Shown one piece after another: positions 42,228 through 52,922 of a stretch of 64,000 nt of DNA. Below the pieces are notes generated by a model. That model was not told where the DNA came from, searched no databases, and was given only the letters and a program-made list of their open reading frames with translations. Location: positions 416,001 through 480,000 of the forward strand of contig OZ219753.1 of assembly GCA_964291315.2 (NCBI GenBank), read 5' to 3'. Position 1 is the first letter of the stretch. Each line of letters starts with the position of its first letter. A program made the position numbers and the translations under genes. This DNA is from Candidatus Poribacteria bacterium (GTDB lineage Bacteria > Poribacteria > WGA-4E > WGA-3G).

Positions 42228-42428
42228 CTATTGTGTAAATGGGAGCAGCGCCATTATACGGGCCCGCTTCACCGCACGTGTCAACATCCGCTGTTGCTTC
42301 GCCGATAGTCCTGTGACTCGACGACTGACAATTTTTCCACGCTCGTTAATAAACTTTTGCAGCGTATCCACATCTTTGTAGTCAAAAGATGCTATTTTGT
42401 GAAACCGCTGCCTCCGACGGAATGCCAT
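42228..42428 (-). CDS. rpsR: 30S ribosomal protein S18 (zinc-free type)
   Basis: DYKD...L.KFI.ERGKI..RR.TG...QR....AVKRAR..ALLP. Confidence 0.96.
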   Translation of the reverse strand: MAFRRRQRFHKIASFDYKDVDTLQKFINERGKIVSRRVTGLSAKQQRMLTRAVKRARIMALLPFTQ

Positions 42429-42456
42429 ATAATTCTATTCCTTTTCTTTTAAATTT

Positions 42457-42479
42457 GCGCGTCAATCACCTTGACGCGC
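42457..42479. other. Perfect 9-bp intergenic hairpin between ssb and rpsR
   Basis: gcgcgtcaa-tcacc-ttgacgcgc; no U-tract follows on the sense strand. Confidence 0.6.
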
Positions 42480-42575
42480 TATTCGATCACACACCGTACT
42501 GTTAGGGCAAGAAAACAGAAAAGAGTTCGAAAAGAACCTCTTTATACAACGGCTCTCCGCAAACACTGTTTTCAC

Positions 42576-43049
42576 TTAAAACGGGATGTCGTCCTCTGTC
42601 CCGGAAGACGCTCCGCCTGCTTCCTGAGCAGGCGCTTCTGCGTAGGGTGCCGATTCTGCAGGGGCGGCCGTGGGTTGGGCATTGGAATAACCACCGCCCG
42701 TTTCGCCTTCATCGGAACGTCCACCAATAAATTGTATCCGGAAGGCGCGAACCGAGAGCCTGCTCCTTTTACTGCCATCCTCAGCTTCCCAAGAATCGAA
42801 CTTAAGTGCCCCCTCGACGAAGACAGGCCGGCCTTTGGTTAGATACTCGCTGGCGATCTCGGCTTGCCTGCCCCACGCTTCTACCTCCACAAAACAGGTG
42901 TTTTCTCTCTGCTCCCCTGTCTGTCGGTCAGTATATTTCTCATTCATAGCGAGTCCAAAATTTGTAACAGCAGTCCCGCTCGGAATATATTTCATTTCGG
43001 GGTCGCGGGTAAGATTACCCATCAGGATAACCCTGTTGTAGCTTGCCAT
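42576..43049 (-). CDS. ssb: Single-stranded DNA-binding protein
   Basis: NRVILMGNLTRDPE, KG..V.VEG.L, acidic DDIPF tail. Confidence 0.98.
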   Translation of the reverse strand: MASYNRVILMGNLTRDPEMKYIPSGTAVTNFGLAMNEKYTDRQTGEQRENTCFVEVEAWGRQAEIASEYLTKGRPVFVEGALKFDSWEAEDGSKRSRLSVRAFRIQFIGGRSDEGETGGGYSNAQPTAAPAESAPYAEAPAQEAGGASSGTEDDIPF

Positions 43050-43137
43050 GGTATTTCCTCTTTTTTAAACGTTGGTTTGGACGTTTTCGTATCATTCGCC
43101 TACCAAAACGCAGTTTTTTATTTTTATGATGCCCGAC

Positions 43138-43548
43138 TTAACTAGATGTTGCTGCCACTTCAGCTTTTTCATCTATGCCGGTTGCTATGTCTTCAGATGC
43201 CTCATTACTTTCCAAGGTCGTCTGTTTCGCCTCGGCAGCGAGCTCTGTTTTCAGTTTATTGATATCGCCTTCATAACAGACAATCATGTAACGCAGGATC
43301 GTCTCAATGACATGTAAAGATCTGTTGAGTTCAGCGACTAAATTCGGGGGGCTCTCAAAAATGTAAAGCACATAGTAACCTTCGCTACGTTTCCGAATCG
43401 GATAGGCCAGCCGCTTCTTTCCCCAAGGATCAACCTTTAAAAGAGATCCGCTACTTTCGATAATGTCCTTTACTTGATTCGTAAGAGCTTCTGCTTCGCT
43501 CTCATCACAGTCGGGGGTGATGATAAGCAAGAGTTCGTAAGGATTCAA
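43138..43548 (-). CDS. rpsF: 30S ribosomal protein S6 (TTG start)
   Basis: YE...I..P, WGKKRLAYPI, GYY, ILRY. Confidence 0.96.
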   Translation of the reverse strand: MNPYELLLIITPDCDESEAEALTNQVKDIIESSGSLLKVDPWGKKRLAYPIRKRSEGYYVLYIFESPPNLVAELNRSLHVIETILRYMIVCYEGDINKLKTELAAEAKQTTLESNEASEDIATGIDEKAEVAATSS

Positions 43549-43555
43549 ATTGCTA

Positions 43556-43612
43556 TGCCTCTCTTTGGACTAATGGCATCCCTGCAATTTTAACAAGAGC
43601 AGGGGCAGAGAT
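43556..43612 (-). promoter_or_regulatory. Probable S6:S18 ribosomal-protein leader RNA
   Basis: Minus strand ctctgcCCCTGC-loop-GCAGGG-at-GCCA-ttagtccaaagagagg: a hairpin followed by a CCR element just before the rpsF SD, as in the known S6:S18 leader. Confidence 0.7.
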
Positions 43613-43701
43613 TAAGGAAGTAAATTCCGCCTAGCGTGAACATGCTGAGAATGCAATCACACCTTAAACGGCATTCAATTCACCAATTGTTAGTTTATAT
43701 A

Positions 43702-43730
43702 ATTATACCACATTTTGATCCCTATATCAA
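43702..43730 (-). promoter_or_regulatory. Sigma70 promoter for the rpsF operon
   Basis: TTGATA-17 bp-TATAAT with extended -10 TG. Confidence 0.8.
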
Positions 43731-43888
43731 CCAAAAACCAATTTTTTACAAAATTACTTAAACAGAGCAACTATCATTCATAGCAGAATAGGTAAAGCGT
43801 ACTCTGGAGATGTACTGGACAATGCCCCTGACGTGCTGATGAAGTCGGAGCACTGTTTCTAATCCTGCCCCAATCGAGAAAGGTAAGC

Positions 43889-43902
43889 TAACGTGAGTGT
43901 GA
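43889..43902 (-). repeat. Inverted copy of the TCAAACTCACGTTA site
   Basis: taacgtgagtgtga matches the reverse complement of 44048-44061 at 13/14. Confidence 0.65.
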
Positions 43903-44041
43903 AAAAAGTTTAGTGTTTAGAGCTGCTTGGTAAATCGTGTCTCTGCCGGAGTTCAGCGAGGGACTATACTGAGGAAATACTGCCTCTACAGTTTTCAAAA
44001 TTATACAAATGGGTTCTCTTTTCCGAAAAAAAGCAGTGAAT

Positions 44042-44061
44042 TATCTATCAAACTCACGTTA
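44042..44061 (+). repeat. Left direct repeat flanking the Mod-like gene
   Basis: tatctatcaaactcacgtta; 19/20 identical to 47121-47140. Confidence 0.85.
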
Positions 44062-44155
44062 TAATATGCCTACAGATGTGCGTTTTGTATCAACTAAAAA
44101 ACGCACAATTTCATTACCAACCTAACCCTTGATTTTCGATAAATGAGGTCCCAGA

Positions 44156-47111
44156 ATGTCAGCAAAGAAACGCACCGCTAAGCCAAAAGAGGTCCGAGAC
44201 TACCGACACGGCACCGCTACGCGAAAGAATAACCCGCCTGCAGGCATCGCCGCACAAGGGAAGATCCAAGAGCCCCCGAAACGGCAATACGCATACAACC
44301 CACACCTGCCACCGAGTCTCCGATCCGACCCAGACGCAGACGCAGACAAACTCCCCGAACTCCTCCACACCGCACAGCAGCGACCGCTCTCCGCAGATGA
44401 GGCGAAGACGCTCGCCGAGGCACTCCGACACCACGCCCCCTGGCTTGAATGGACAGGCAAACAGGAGAACGCAACCTTCAGCGTCGACCCCGTGGCACTC
44501 CACATCCACGAGCGTGTCAGCAGCAAAGCAATCCTGAAAACCGCAAAGCGCCAAAACGTCCAGCGCGAACTCTTCGCTGATCCGCAGCAGGATTACAGCA
44601 GAGCGGTTGACTTTTACCAACACGATGTAGATTGGGCGAATCGCCTGATCCTTGGGGATAGTCTCACGGTGATGAGTTCCCTTGCACAACGTGAAAATCT
44701 CGGGGGCAAGGTGCAGATGATCTACATAGACCCGCCGTATGGCATCAAGTTTGCCTCTAACTTCCAACCCAGCACTTTTCAGCGGGATGTGAAAGAGAGG
44801 TCCCAGGACTTGACGCGTGAGCGTGAGCAGATCAAGGCGTATCGGGATACGTGGCGTTTGGGTATCCACTCATATCTTGCGTATCTGCGAGATCGGTTGA
44901 TTGTTGCGAAGGAGTTGTTGACCGATAGCGGCAGCGTCTTTGTGCAGATAGGAGATGAGAATGTGCATCGCGTGCGATGTGTCATGGACGAGGTGTTCGG
45001 GAGCGAGAATTTTGTCAACCAATTGATTTTCACTAAAACTAGATCTTTAGTTTCATCGGATTTTGTGACGACGATATGTGATTACATTCTTTGGTATGCC
45101 AGAGACAAAAAGTTAGCAAAACGGAAAATGAGAAAAGTCTTTTTGAAGCGACAGGATAATAGTCTCGCGTCTCATTTTGAGAATTCCAATGGGGAAATTC
45201 TGACTGTTCGGGAGCATAATTTGAAACAGCAAGATGATGAATCTGTTGAGGATTACAAGCCTTTTATGTCAGATAATTTAATTCGTCGACCCAACCCTGA
45301 AATCGCTTTTGATTGGCAAGGTATAAAAATCCAGGGACGCTTTAGAACTAACGAACAAGGCATAAAACGTGCCTTGCAAGCAAATAGAATTTTGTTTACA
45401 AGATCAGGTATCCGGTATAAATTTTTTCTTGATGACTTCCCTGTTTCACCACTCAACCATCTTTGGAGTGATGTGATTGGTGCACAAAATCCTGTCTATA
45501 TTGTTCAAACGAATACAAAAGTCATTGAACGCTGCCTTCTCATGACGACAGATCCCGGCGATCTTGTCCTCGATCCAACTTGTGGAAGTGGCAGCACCGC
45601 GTATGTTGCCGAGCAGTGGGGCAGACGCTGGATAACCATTGATACCAGCCGCGTGGCTGTCGCCTTAGCCCGACAACGCTTATTGACAGGAGCCTTTGAT
45701 TACTACAAACTCAAGGATGAGTCGAAAGGCATCGCGGGTGGCTTCATCAATAAACAAGCTCCGCATATCACCCTCAAAAGTATCGCCCAAAACACTGCCC
45801 TGGATCCGATTTTTGAGAAACATGAGCCGATATTGAAAGAGAAGTTGGATACTCTGAACGACAACTTATCACAGATTACCCCCCCCGCTTCGCATAAAAC
45901 TCCTCGCAAAACTCACCGATAAGCAGAAAAAACACGGCAAAACTGCTATCACAGACGCAGATAAAAGACGCTGGCAGCTACCAGATACACACTGGAACGA
46001 CTGGCAAGTACCCTTCGATACAGACCCCGACTGGCCAAAACCACTACAACACGCTCTCATAAACTACCGAAACGCATGGCAAGCAAAGATGCACGATGTC
46101 AACGCATGCATCGCCGCAGCATCTGAAACCGAAGAATTTGTCGATCAGCCACACATCGACAGAAAACGAGTGCGCGTCACCGGACCCTTCACCGTAGAGG
46201 CAGTGCAACCCGCAGAAGAGTCGCTCGACCTTGATTCACCCATCGCAGCACAACCCGAAGAAGTCAAAACCACTTTTGATGCCGAAACCGACACGCACCA
46301 AGCAGTCAATGCCGAGGCATACCTCGAACAGATGATACATCACCTCCGACACGACGGCGTCCGATTCCCTAATAACAACACCTTGAAATTCCACACCCTC
46401 GACCCCCTCGAAGCCGATATCCTCCACGCAGAAGGCACTTGGAAACACTGCGATACCGAATGCTCCGTCGCCGTCGCATTTGGACCGCAACACGGTCCTG
46501 TTACCGCAATGCAAGTCGAGGCGTGTCTGCCCATCGCCTCCCGCCGCGGCTACGATGAACTTGTCTTCGCAGGGTTCAGTTTTGACGGCGCGGCACAAGC
46601 AGTTATCCAAGAGGATCCGAACCCCAGGGTCCGTATCCACATGGCACACATCAACCCGGATGTCGCAATGGGCGGACTCCTCAAGCAGACACCCTCAACG
46701 CAGCTCTTTACCGTCTTCGGAATGCCCCGCACGACTCTTGAGGAAGCCGGCGAAGAGGAATATATTATCAAGATGGAAGGCGTGGACATCTACAACCCGG
46801 TAGACAACACGGTCAGCTCTGCGGGTGCGGATAAGGTGGCGGCGTGGTTTGTGGATAGCGACTACGATGGGCGCACGTTCTGCATCACGCAAGCCTTCTT
46901 CCCGGACAAGACAGCATGGAAGAAGATCGCCCGTGCCTTGAGAGGCGTTATTGATGAAGAGCAGTTTGAGCGTTTCAGCGGCACAACGTCGTTTCCGTTC
47001 CGTCTCGGACCGCATAAACAGGTGGCGGTCAAAGTCATCGACCCGCGCGGAAATGAGGTGATGCGCTTACATAATGTGGCAGACCCAAAGCGTTCTCTTT
47101 GGACAAAGTAA
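44156..47111 (+). pseudogene. Type III Mod-like adenine DNA methyltransferase split by a one-base frameshift in a C8 tract (ORFs 44156-45922 and 46089-47111)
   Basis: NRLILGDSL, GKVQMIYIDPPY, VLDPTCGSG. Deleting one C at 45879-45886 reads ITPPLRIKLL...WQVPFDTDPDWP...AKMHDVN into the second ORF, giving 984 aa. Confidence 0.85.
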
Positions 47112-47120
47112 ACACGGACG

Positions 47121-47140
47121 TATCTATCAAACTTACGTTA
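47121..47140 (+). repeat. Right direct repeat flanking the Mod-like gene
   Basis: tatctatcaaacttacgtta, 9 bp after the stop codon. Confidence 0.85.
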
Positions 47141-47207
47141 GTAATACATATTAGCACATAAAATTTTGAAGTCCCTGATTCTGCTGCCATTTTTTCATCA
47201 GATTTGT

Positions 47208-47236
47208 TTGCTTTCTTAACTGATTTATAGTATAAT
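47208..47236 (+). promoter_or_regulatory. Sigma70-type promoter
   Basis: TTGCTT-17 bp-TATAAT. Confidence 0.6.
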
Positions 47237-47432
47237 TAATAATAGGTCTGTAATAGCGCGGTTCATAGATGTTTAATTCATTGTGCATGAATCGCCCCGG
47301 TTTCTACTGCTTCATCCGTTTTGAATCTTAGGAGTATTTACTTGTAGGAGCGAGATCTCCTCCCTTGTATTGCTAACCTCTTTCTGCTAATCACTTATGT
47401 GGTTAATCACCATATCAAAATAGGAGAGTCTA

Positions 47433-49370
47433 ATGCAATCTCAAAATATTATTGAGGAACAGTACCACGAAGCTGCGAACGCTCTCATCGAGAAAGTCGA
47501 GAAGGATCCCTATATTCTTGCAGTGATTGTCGCTGGTAGTTTTTCTTATGCGCAAGTATGGGAAAAATCGGACCTTGATGTCGAACTCATCGGCAGAGAT
47601 GCAATGCGTCCTACCCAACCCTTCTTTTTGCTCGTCGAGAACGGTGTAAACATCCACGCTAATATAACGCCACGGAACGTTTTTAAACAGACGATAGAGA
47701 GTGCACAACAAGGGTCTTTCATGCACTCTTATTTCTCACACAGCACCCTTCTCTTTTCACGCGATGCCTCTATTGAGGAGTGGTATGATAAAAATGCCGA
47801 CCGTAACAGCATCGGGGAACGCGATAAACAGCGCCAACTCCTCAATGTTGTCTCCAGTACTTTGCCGAGCCTTCTATATGCTGAAAAGCAATTTTACGTT
47901 AATCACGATTGTCTCACCGCCTTTTTGTCTATACTCGACGTGGTCCAAGGGCTAGCACGGATAGAAGTCCTTTTAAATAACAAAATCCCCGCCCGCGAGG
48001 TCATCCAACCCGCGCTCCAATATAACCCCGACTTCTTCAACCACGTCTATACCGATCTAATCAGCTGTGAAAAGAATGAATCTGTTATTCAGGGCGCGCT
48101 CCAGGCAATTAATGGGTATCTCGATGAACGGCAGTTTATCTTTCAACCCATTCTCGATTATCTAGATGAACAGAAGGTGCCTCGCACCGGCACCGAATTG
48201 AACGCTGACTTAGGACGCGGGCGACATAATGATGAGGAAGGATCCCACAAATTTAATGAAGAGTCACTCGACTTGTTATGCCAATGGTTGACGTGGAAAG
48301 GTATTATCAGACAAGTCGCAATGCCTCTAAAACTTACGGTGAAAAGCCAAGTCGCTGTGGAAGAACCCGCCTACTATTACGACGGCACCAAGCCACAACA
48401 GGCACAGACACCTTATAAGAATGACATCCACACACACATTCACGCCGCCCTCGCCAGTCTAACGGACACTCTCGAACAGGATCGGTACGTTCTAGCTGCT
48501 ATTCTCACGAGCAACCTCGCCGAAGACAATGTCTGGAAAAAGACCGCTGTTCACATAACCTTGATTTTCCGAGATGGTACAAAATTTAAAGAGAAAAAGT
48601 TTCAACTCGTCGAACACAGTATCCCGTTCCGAGTTGAGCTCTACACGCGCAGCAATTATAGGAAATTGCTTGAGAGAACGCTGCAAGGCAGCTCACTCCA
48701 TTCAATCCTTGCAGAGAGCCGTGTCCTCTTTTCGAAGGACGGCCTTTTCGCAGTAGATAGCGATGCGAATCTTCTTGTTGGTGATCCTTCCTGTTTGCAG
48801 GTCGGTGATAGAGATAAGCAATCCCAGCTTTTCAACGCTGCTGCTGGCGTGACAGCGATCCTCGCGAAAGCTGAGAAATGGTTACATCTCAAACACGACA
48901 TCGACTACACATTTCTATATTTAAAGTACGCTATCAGAGAGCTGGCACGTATTGAAGTTCTCAAACACAACGAGACACCCAGACGCAAAGTTATCTATCA
49001 AGCTCTCACATACAACCCGTCCTTTTTCAACTCCGTTTTCATCGATCTTGTAGACAAACCTAAAGACGAAACCATGCTTCGCGAGGCGCTTGAACAAATC
49101 GACCAATATCTGGAAGCCAATTTACAGTTATTGTTCAAACCGTTGTTTGATTTTTTAGAAGGAGCAAATGAGAAGCAGACGATAACCGATCTCTACACAC
49201 ATTTCGGTAACCGTGCCCTTCCCCTCGAATTAGCGTGTGAGTGGCTTGCACAGAAAGAGATCATCGAGCAATTCTCTGCACCGGTCCGTTTGACTATGGA
49301 TAGCCAAGTTTCCGTAGAAGAACCTTCATATTACTTCGATGCAAATAATCCGTTTTTGTTTAGTGTGTAA
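47433..49370 (+). CDS. Tandemly duplicated pol-beta-superfamily nucleotidyltransferase-domain protein
   Basis: First half AVIVAGS...VWEKSDLD. The second half is homologous but reads LTSN...VWKKTAVH. Both halves end V.VEEP.YY.D. Confidence 0.8.
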   Translation: MQSQNIIEEQYHEAANALIEKVEKDPYILAVIVAGSFSYAQVWEKSDLDVELIGRDAMRPTQPFFLLVENGVNIHANITPRNVFKQTIESAQQGSFMHSYFSHSTLLFSRDASIEEWYDKNADRNSIGERDKQRQLLNVVSSTLPSLLYAEKQFYVNHDCLTAFLSILDVVQGLARIEVLLNNKIPAREVIQPALQYNPDFFNHVYTDLISCEKNESVIQGALQAINGYLDERQFIFQPILDYLDEQKVPRTGTELNADLGRGRHNDEEGSHKFNEESLDLLCQWLTWKGIIRQVAMPLKLTVKSQVAVEEPAYYYDGTKPQQAQTPYKNDIHTHIHAALASLTDTLEQDRYVLAAILTSNLAEDNVWKKTAVHITLIFRDGTKFKEKKFQLVEHSIPFRVELYTRSNYRKLLERTLQGSSLHSILAESRVLFSKDGLFAVDSDANLLVGDPSCLQVGDRDKQSQLFNAAAGVTAILAKAEKWLHLKHDIDYTFLYLKYAIRELARIEVLKHNETPRRKVIYQALTYNPSFFNSVFIDLVDKPKDETMLREALEQIDQYLEANLQLLFKPLFDFLEGANEKQTITDLYTHFGNRALPLELACEWLAQKEIIEQFSAPVRLTMDSQVSVEEPSYYFDANNPFLFSV

Positions 49371-49640
49371 TGGCGTTATAAATTATTGAAAATTATCACA
49401 TGTAGACATTGGACGCAAGAAATCAAAGCTGAATGCTTGTGTTCCCGCAAGGTGAAAGTTAACCGAGTTGCGGATGAACCCCAATGCTTATCCTGCACAT
49501 TCTCGAATCTTGTAAATCCTGGGCCCAACCAATACCAACAGCTGATAACCAACGGCCATCGGTAGGTTTACTCCAAATCTCGACATCTGACCGATGGCTG
49601 CCAACAACTCATAAATTAACGAGACTATCGGAGAGGAGAC

Positions 49641-52511
49641 ATGAGACAAACTGTTGCAGTTAAAGGCGCGCGCGAAAACAATCTACAAAATATTGAAGTC
49701 GAAATCCCGCGGAACCAGCTCGTCGTCGTCACGGGTATCAGCGGTTCCGGTAAATCATCGCTAGCATTCGATACCATCTATGCTGAAGGACAGCGCCGAT
49801 TCCTTGAGTCGATATCCACGTACGCTAAACGTTTTATCACTCAGCTTAAGAAACCTGATGTCGACTTCATTGACGGGCTGTCCCCGGTTGTCTCTATAGA
49901 GCAAAAGACGATCACTATGAACCCGCGCTCCACCGTCGGCACAATGACCGATTTGCAGGACTACCTCCGTATGCTCTTCGCAACTATCGGTGCGGCATAC
50001 TGTCCATATTGTGAAACCCAAATACCCATCCGATCGCACCGTCAAATCTTGGAGCGTCTGCTTGCAATGCCAGAAGGTTCCCAAGTTGAGATTCACGCCC
50101 CCGTCTTTAAAATCTACGGCGAGGATTATGACTATCTCTTCGACGACATCCGTACGAAAGGCTGTAGGCACGTTAGAATAGACGGCATCGAACACGACAT
50201 TAGCGAAGAAATTGAACTCGACCCGGACCTCGAATACAACATACAGGTCATCGTCGACAAATTTTTTATTAAAAAGGATATTGATATACAAGTCCTTGCC
50301 TCTCTTGAACATGCAATGCTCATCGGTGAGGGTTTCATGCGTTTTGATGTCCAGTTTCCTCAGGAAACCAAATCGGATACTATAGACCCTTTAGAAGGTT
50401 TTGGATGTCTGAAACATGGAATGATCATGACTGAACTTGGACCGCATCACTTCACCTTTAACGAACCGACCGGGGCATGTGGAACCTGTTCTGGACTCGG
50501 TACTTATTTACAGGTACACCCAAACTTGCTTGTTCCTGACAGGAGCCGGAGTATCGCCGAAGGGGCATTTGTCCATCAAGCCTTTAACTACGATCCCGAT
50601 CGCTGGGACGGCAGAACAATGTACAGCCTTGCTGCACACTACGGGTTTGACTTAGAGACGCCTTTCGCAGACCTACCTGAACGGATCGTTGATATTCTCT
50701 ATTATGGGACGCGCGGTGAGGAATTCCCTATCCGACAGCCTGAAGGCGCACGACCGATCGAAAAACGCCACGTCGGTCGAAAAATCCGCTTTGATGGAAT
50801 CGCCACACGGATCGACAGGCACTATAGAAACTACCGAAAGCGCGGAGAAGCACACTCCGGTATGGAAGAGTATCTCCGAAAGGTAATGGTAGAGCGCACC
50901 TGCCCTGATTGCGGCGGTACAAAGCTCAAAAAACAGCGACTTCTCGTTACCATTGAGAACCAGACGATCCATGATGTTGGCGAACTACACTTTGAAGAGT
51001 TGCGAGATTTCTTGCTAAGTATCACAGACATGCACGAAAAACAGCAAGAAGCGGGTGAACGGATTATCAAGGAACTCGTCTCTCGGATTAACTTGCTCCT
51101 TGGCATCGGACTCGACTACCTGAATCTCAACCGGCGGTCCGCCACACTCTCCGGCGGTGAATCCCAGCGCATCCGTCTCTCTACACAGATCGGCTCAGGA
51201 TTGATGGGCATGCTCTATGTGCTTGATGAGCCCAGCATCGGTTTACACCCAAAAGACAATGTTAAAATGATAGAGACGCTGCGGAAATTGCGCGACATTG
51301 GCAACACCGTCATCGTCGTTGAACACGATGAAAGCACAATCCGTGCTGCAGATCACATCATTGAACTCGGACCAGGACCTGGTGTCCACGGTGGACATAT
51401 CGTCGTCCAAGGCGACCTTGATACAATTCTTGACTGCCCCAAGTCTTGGACAGGTCTCTATATGAGTGGCAGACGTGAGATTTCGCTACCGAAACACCGG
51501 CGCCACTTGAACGGCAAATTCTTAAGCATCACCGGAGCAAAGGAAAACAATCTCAGAAATATTGATGTCGACATACCGCTCGGGATCTTTATCTGCATTA
51601 CCGGGGCTTCCGGTTCAGGCAAAAGCACGCTCGTCAACGAGATTCTCTATAAGAAACTTTATTCCCTCTATCATGACAGTCGAACCCTCTATGGCGTACA
51701 CGATGAATTGGACGGGCACGAGTACATAGATGGTGTAATTAACATAGATCAATCTCCGATAGGGCGTTCACCGCGTTCTAACCCGGCGACCTATATCGGA
51801 TTTTACGATAATATCCGCAAGCTTTTTGCTAGCACTCCGCTTGCAGCTGCAAGGGGCTACACCGCTTCACGTTTTAGCTTCAATGTCAAAGGTGGACGGT
51901 GTGAAGAATGCCACGGTGAAGGCACTATTACCACGCAGCTCCATTTCATGCCGGATGTAGAGGTCGTCTGTCCAACCTGTAAAGGGGCGCGTTACAATGA
52001 AGATACGCTTAATGTAACCTACAACGGCAGAAATATCTCCGAAATCCTGAATATGTCAATTGAGGAAGGCGTTGAATTTTTCTCCGATCAGCGGCTCATC
52101 CATCACAAACTGAATGTTCTCAATCAGCTCGGTATAGGGTATCTCCAGATTGGACATCCCGCCACTATTCTTTCCGGCGGAGAGGCACAACGGATAAAGT
52201 TGGCAAGCGAGCTCGGTAAAATCAAACGAGGGAAACATAATCTCTATATCTTAGATGAACCCACCACTGGACTCCACATGGCGGACGTTCAGAAGCTCTT
52301 AGACAGTCTCAATCGCCTTGTTGATAATGGACACACCGTTCTTGTGATTGAGCACCATCTGGATGTCATTAAAACCGCCGATTATGTGATTGATCTCGGG
52401 CCAGAAGGTGGACATAAGGGCGGAGAAGTTTTAGCGCACGGCACCCCCGAAGAAATTGCCAAAGTCAAAGCCTCTTACACAGGGAAATTCCTGAAGGAGT
52501 ACCTGATCTAA
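49641..52511 (+). CDS. uvrA: Excinuclease ABC subunit A (possibly a paralog)
   Basis: Two ABC ATPase sets ([46 protein letters not shown]) and Zn modules. Confidence 0.95.
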   Translation: MRQTVAVKGARENNLQNIEVEIPRNQLVVVTGISGSGKSSLAFDTIYAEGQRRFLESISTYAKRFITQLKKPDVDFIDGLSPVVSIEQKTITMNPRSTVGTMTDLQDYLRMLFATIGAAYCPYCETQIPIRSHRQILERLLAMPEGSQVEIHAPVFKIYGEDYDYLFDDIRTKGCRHVRIDGIEHDISEEIELDPDLEYNIQVIVDKFFIKKDIDIQVLASLEHAMLIGEGFMRFDVQFPQETKSDTIDPLEGFGCLKHGMIMTELGPHHFTFNEPTGACGTCSGLGTYLQVHPNLLVPDRSRSIAEGAFVHQAFNYDPDRWDGRTMYSLAAHYGFDLETPFADLPERIVDILYYGTRGEEFPIRQPEGARPIEKRHVGRKIRFDGIATRIDRHYRNYRKRGEAHSGMEEYLRKVMVERTCPDCGGTKLKKQRLLVTIENQTIHDVGELHFEELRDFLLSITDMHEKQQEAGERIIKELVSRINLLLGIGLDYLNLNRRSATLSGGESQRIRLSTQIGSGLMGMLYVLDEPSIGLHPKDNVKMIETLRKLRDIGNTVIVVEHDESTIRAADHIIELGPGPGVHGGHIVVQGDLDTILDCPKSWTGLYMSGRREISLPKHRRHLNGKFLSITGAKENNLRNIDVDIPLGIFICITGASGSGKSTLVNEILYKKLYSLYHDSRTLYGVHDELDGHEYIDGVINIDQSPIGRSPRSNPATYIGFYDNIRKLFASTPLAAARGYTASRFSFNVKGGRCEECHGEGTITTQLHFMPDVEVVCPTCKGARYNEDTLNVTYNGRNISEILNMSIEEGVEFFSDQRLIHHKLNVLNQLGIGYLQIGHPATILSGGEAQRIKLASELGKIKRGKHNLYILDEPTTGLHMADVQKLLDSLNRLVDNGHTVLVIEHHLDVIKTADYVIDLGPEGGHKGGEVLAHGTPEEIAKVKASYTGKFLKEYLI

Positions 52512-52611
52512 TTGGGACCGACCGCCAAAAGACTGGTAGTAACGACCAATAATAGTGGCGGGCCCCAAGACATCTACTGCAATTAAATAGACTAGCTCTG
52601 ATCCTGATCAT

Positions 52612-52645
52612 TTAGGAGGCAGGATTTTTCAATGCAGCCTCCTAA
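52612..52645. other. Intergenic inverted repeat downstream of uvrA
   Basis: ttaggaggc / gcctcctaa, 9-bp perfect arms with a 16-nt loop. Confidence 0.5.
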
Positions 52646-52922
52646 CACCAACAGAAACAGAAGATTCGGTAATCCCGAAAATCCTAATATTTTGTAAGTC
52701 CTTATTTAGACGACCAGACCTATCTACTGCTTGACCCACGACCATTAAAATATTCCACTTGCAAAATTAATTCTAAATTGTGTATACTTTATGGTATAGA
52801 ATTAAGATACTGCAAGGACTGCTTGTAAGTCTATCAAGGCGCACTGGTGAGAAAACCTAGGTGTGGAAAACCTTCTAAGGAACCTACAACTTGAATAAAT
52901 ATGACCAGACAAGAGGTAAACT

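Larger units (their letters stand above)
44042..47140 (+). mobile_element. Putative site-specifically integrated single-gene cassette (3079-bp unit)
   Basis: 20-bp direct repeats tightly bracket one accessory gene of atypical composition; no recombinase inside. Confidence 0.55.

Noticed and set aside
42457-42479. Hairpin as an intrinsic terminator
   Set aside because: No U-tract on the sense strand and it lies mid-operon; kept only as a hairpin.
43836-43860. CTGATGA hammerhead-like core
   Set aside because: No correctly placed GAAA or three-stem junction.
43915-43926. gtttagagctgc resembling the start of a type II-A CRISPR repeat
   Set aside because: Single short match with no array or cas genes.
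44159-44869. Long antisense ORFs over the Mod-like gene, and similar nested ORFs elsewhere in the track
   Set aside because: Explained by codon bias of the real genes on the opposite strand; no motifs or independent signals.
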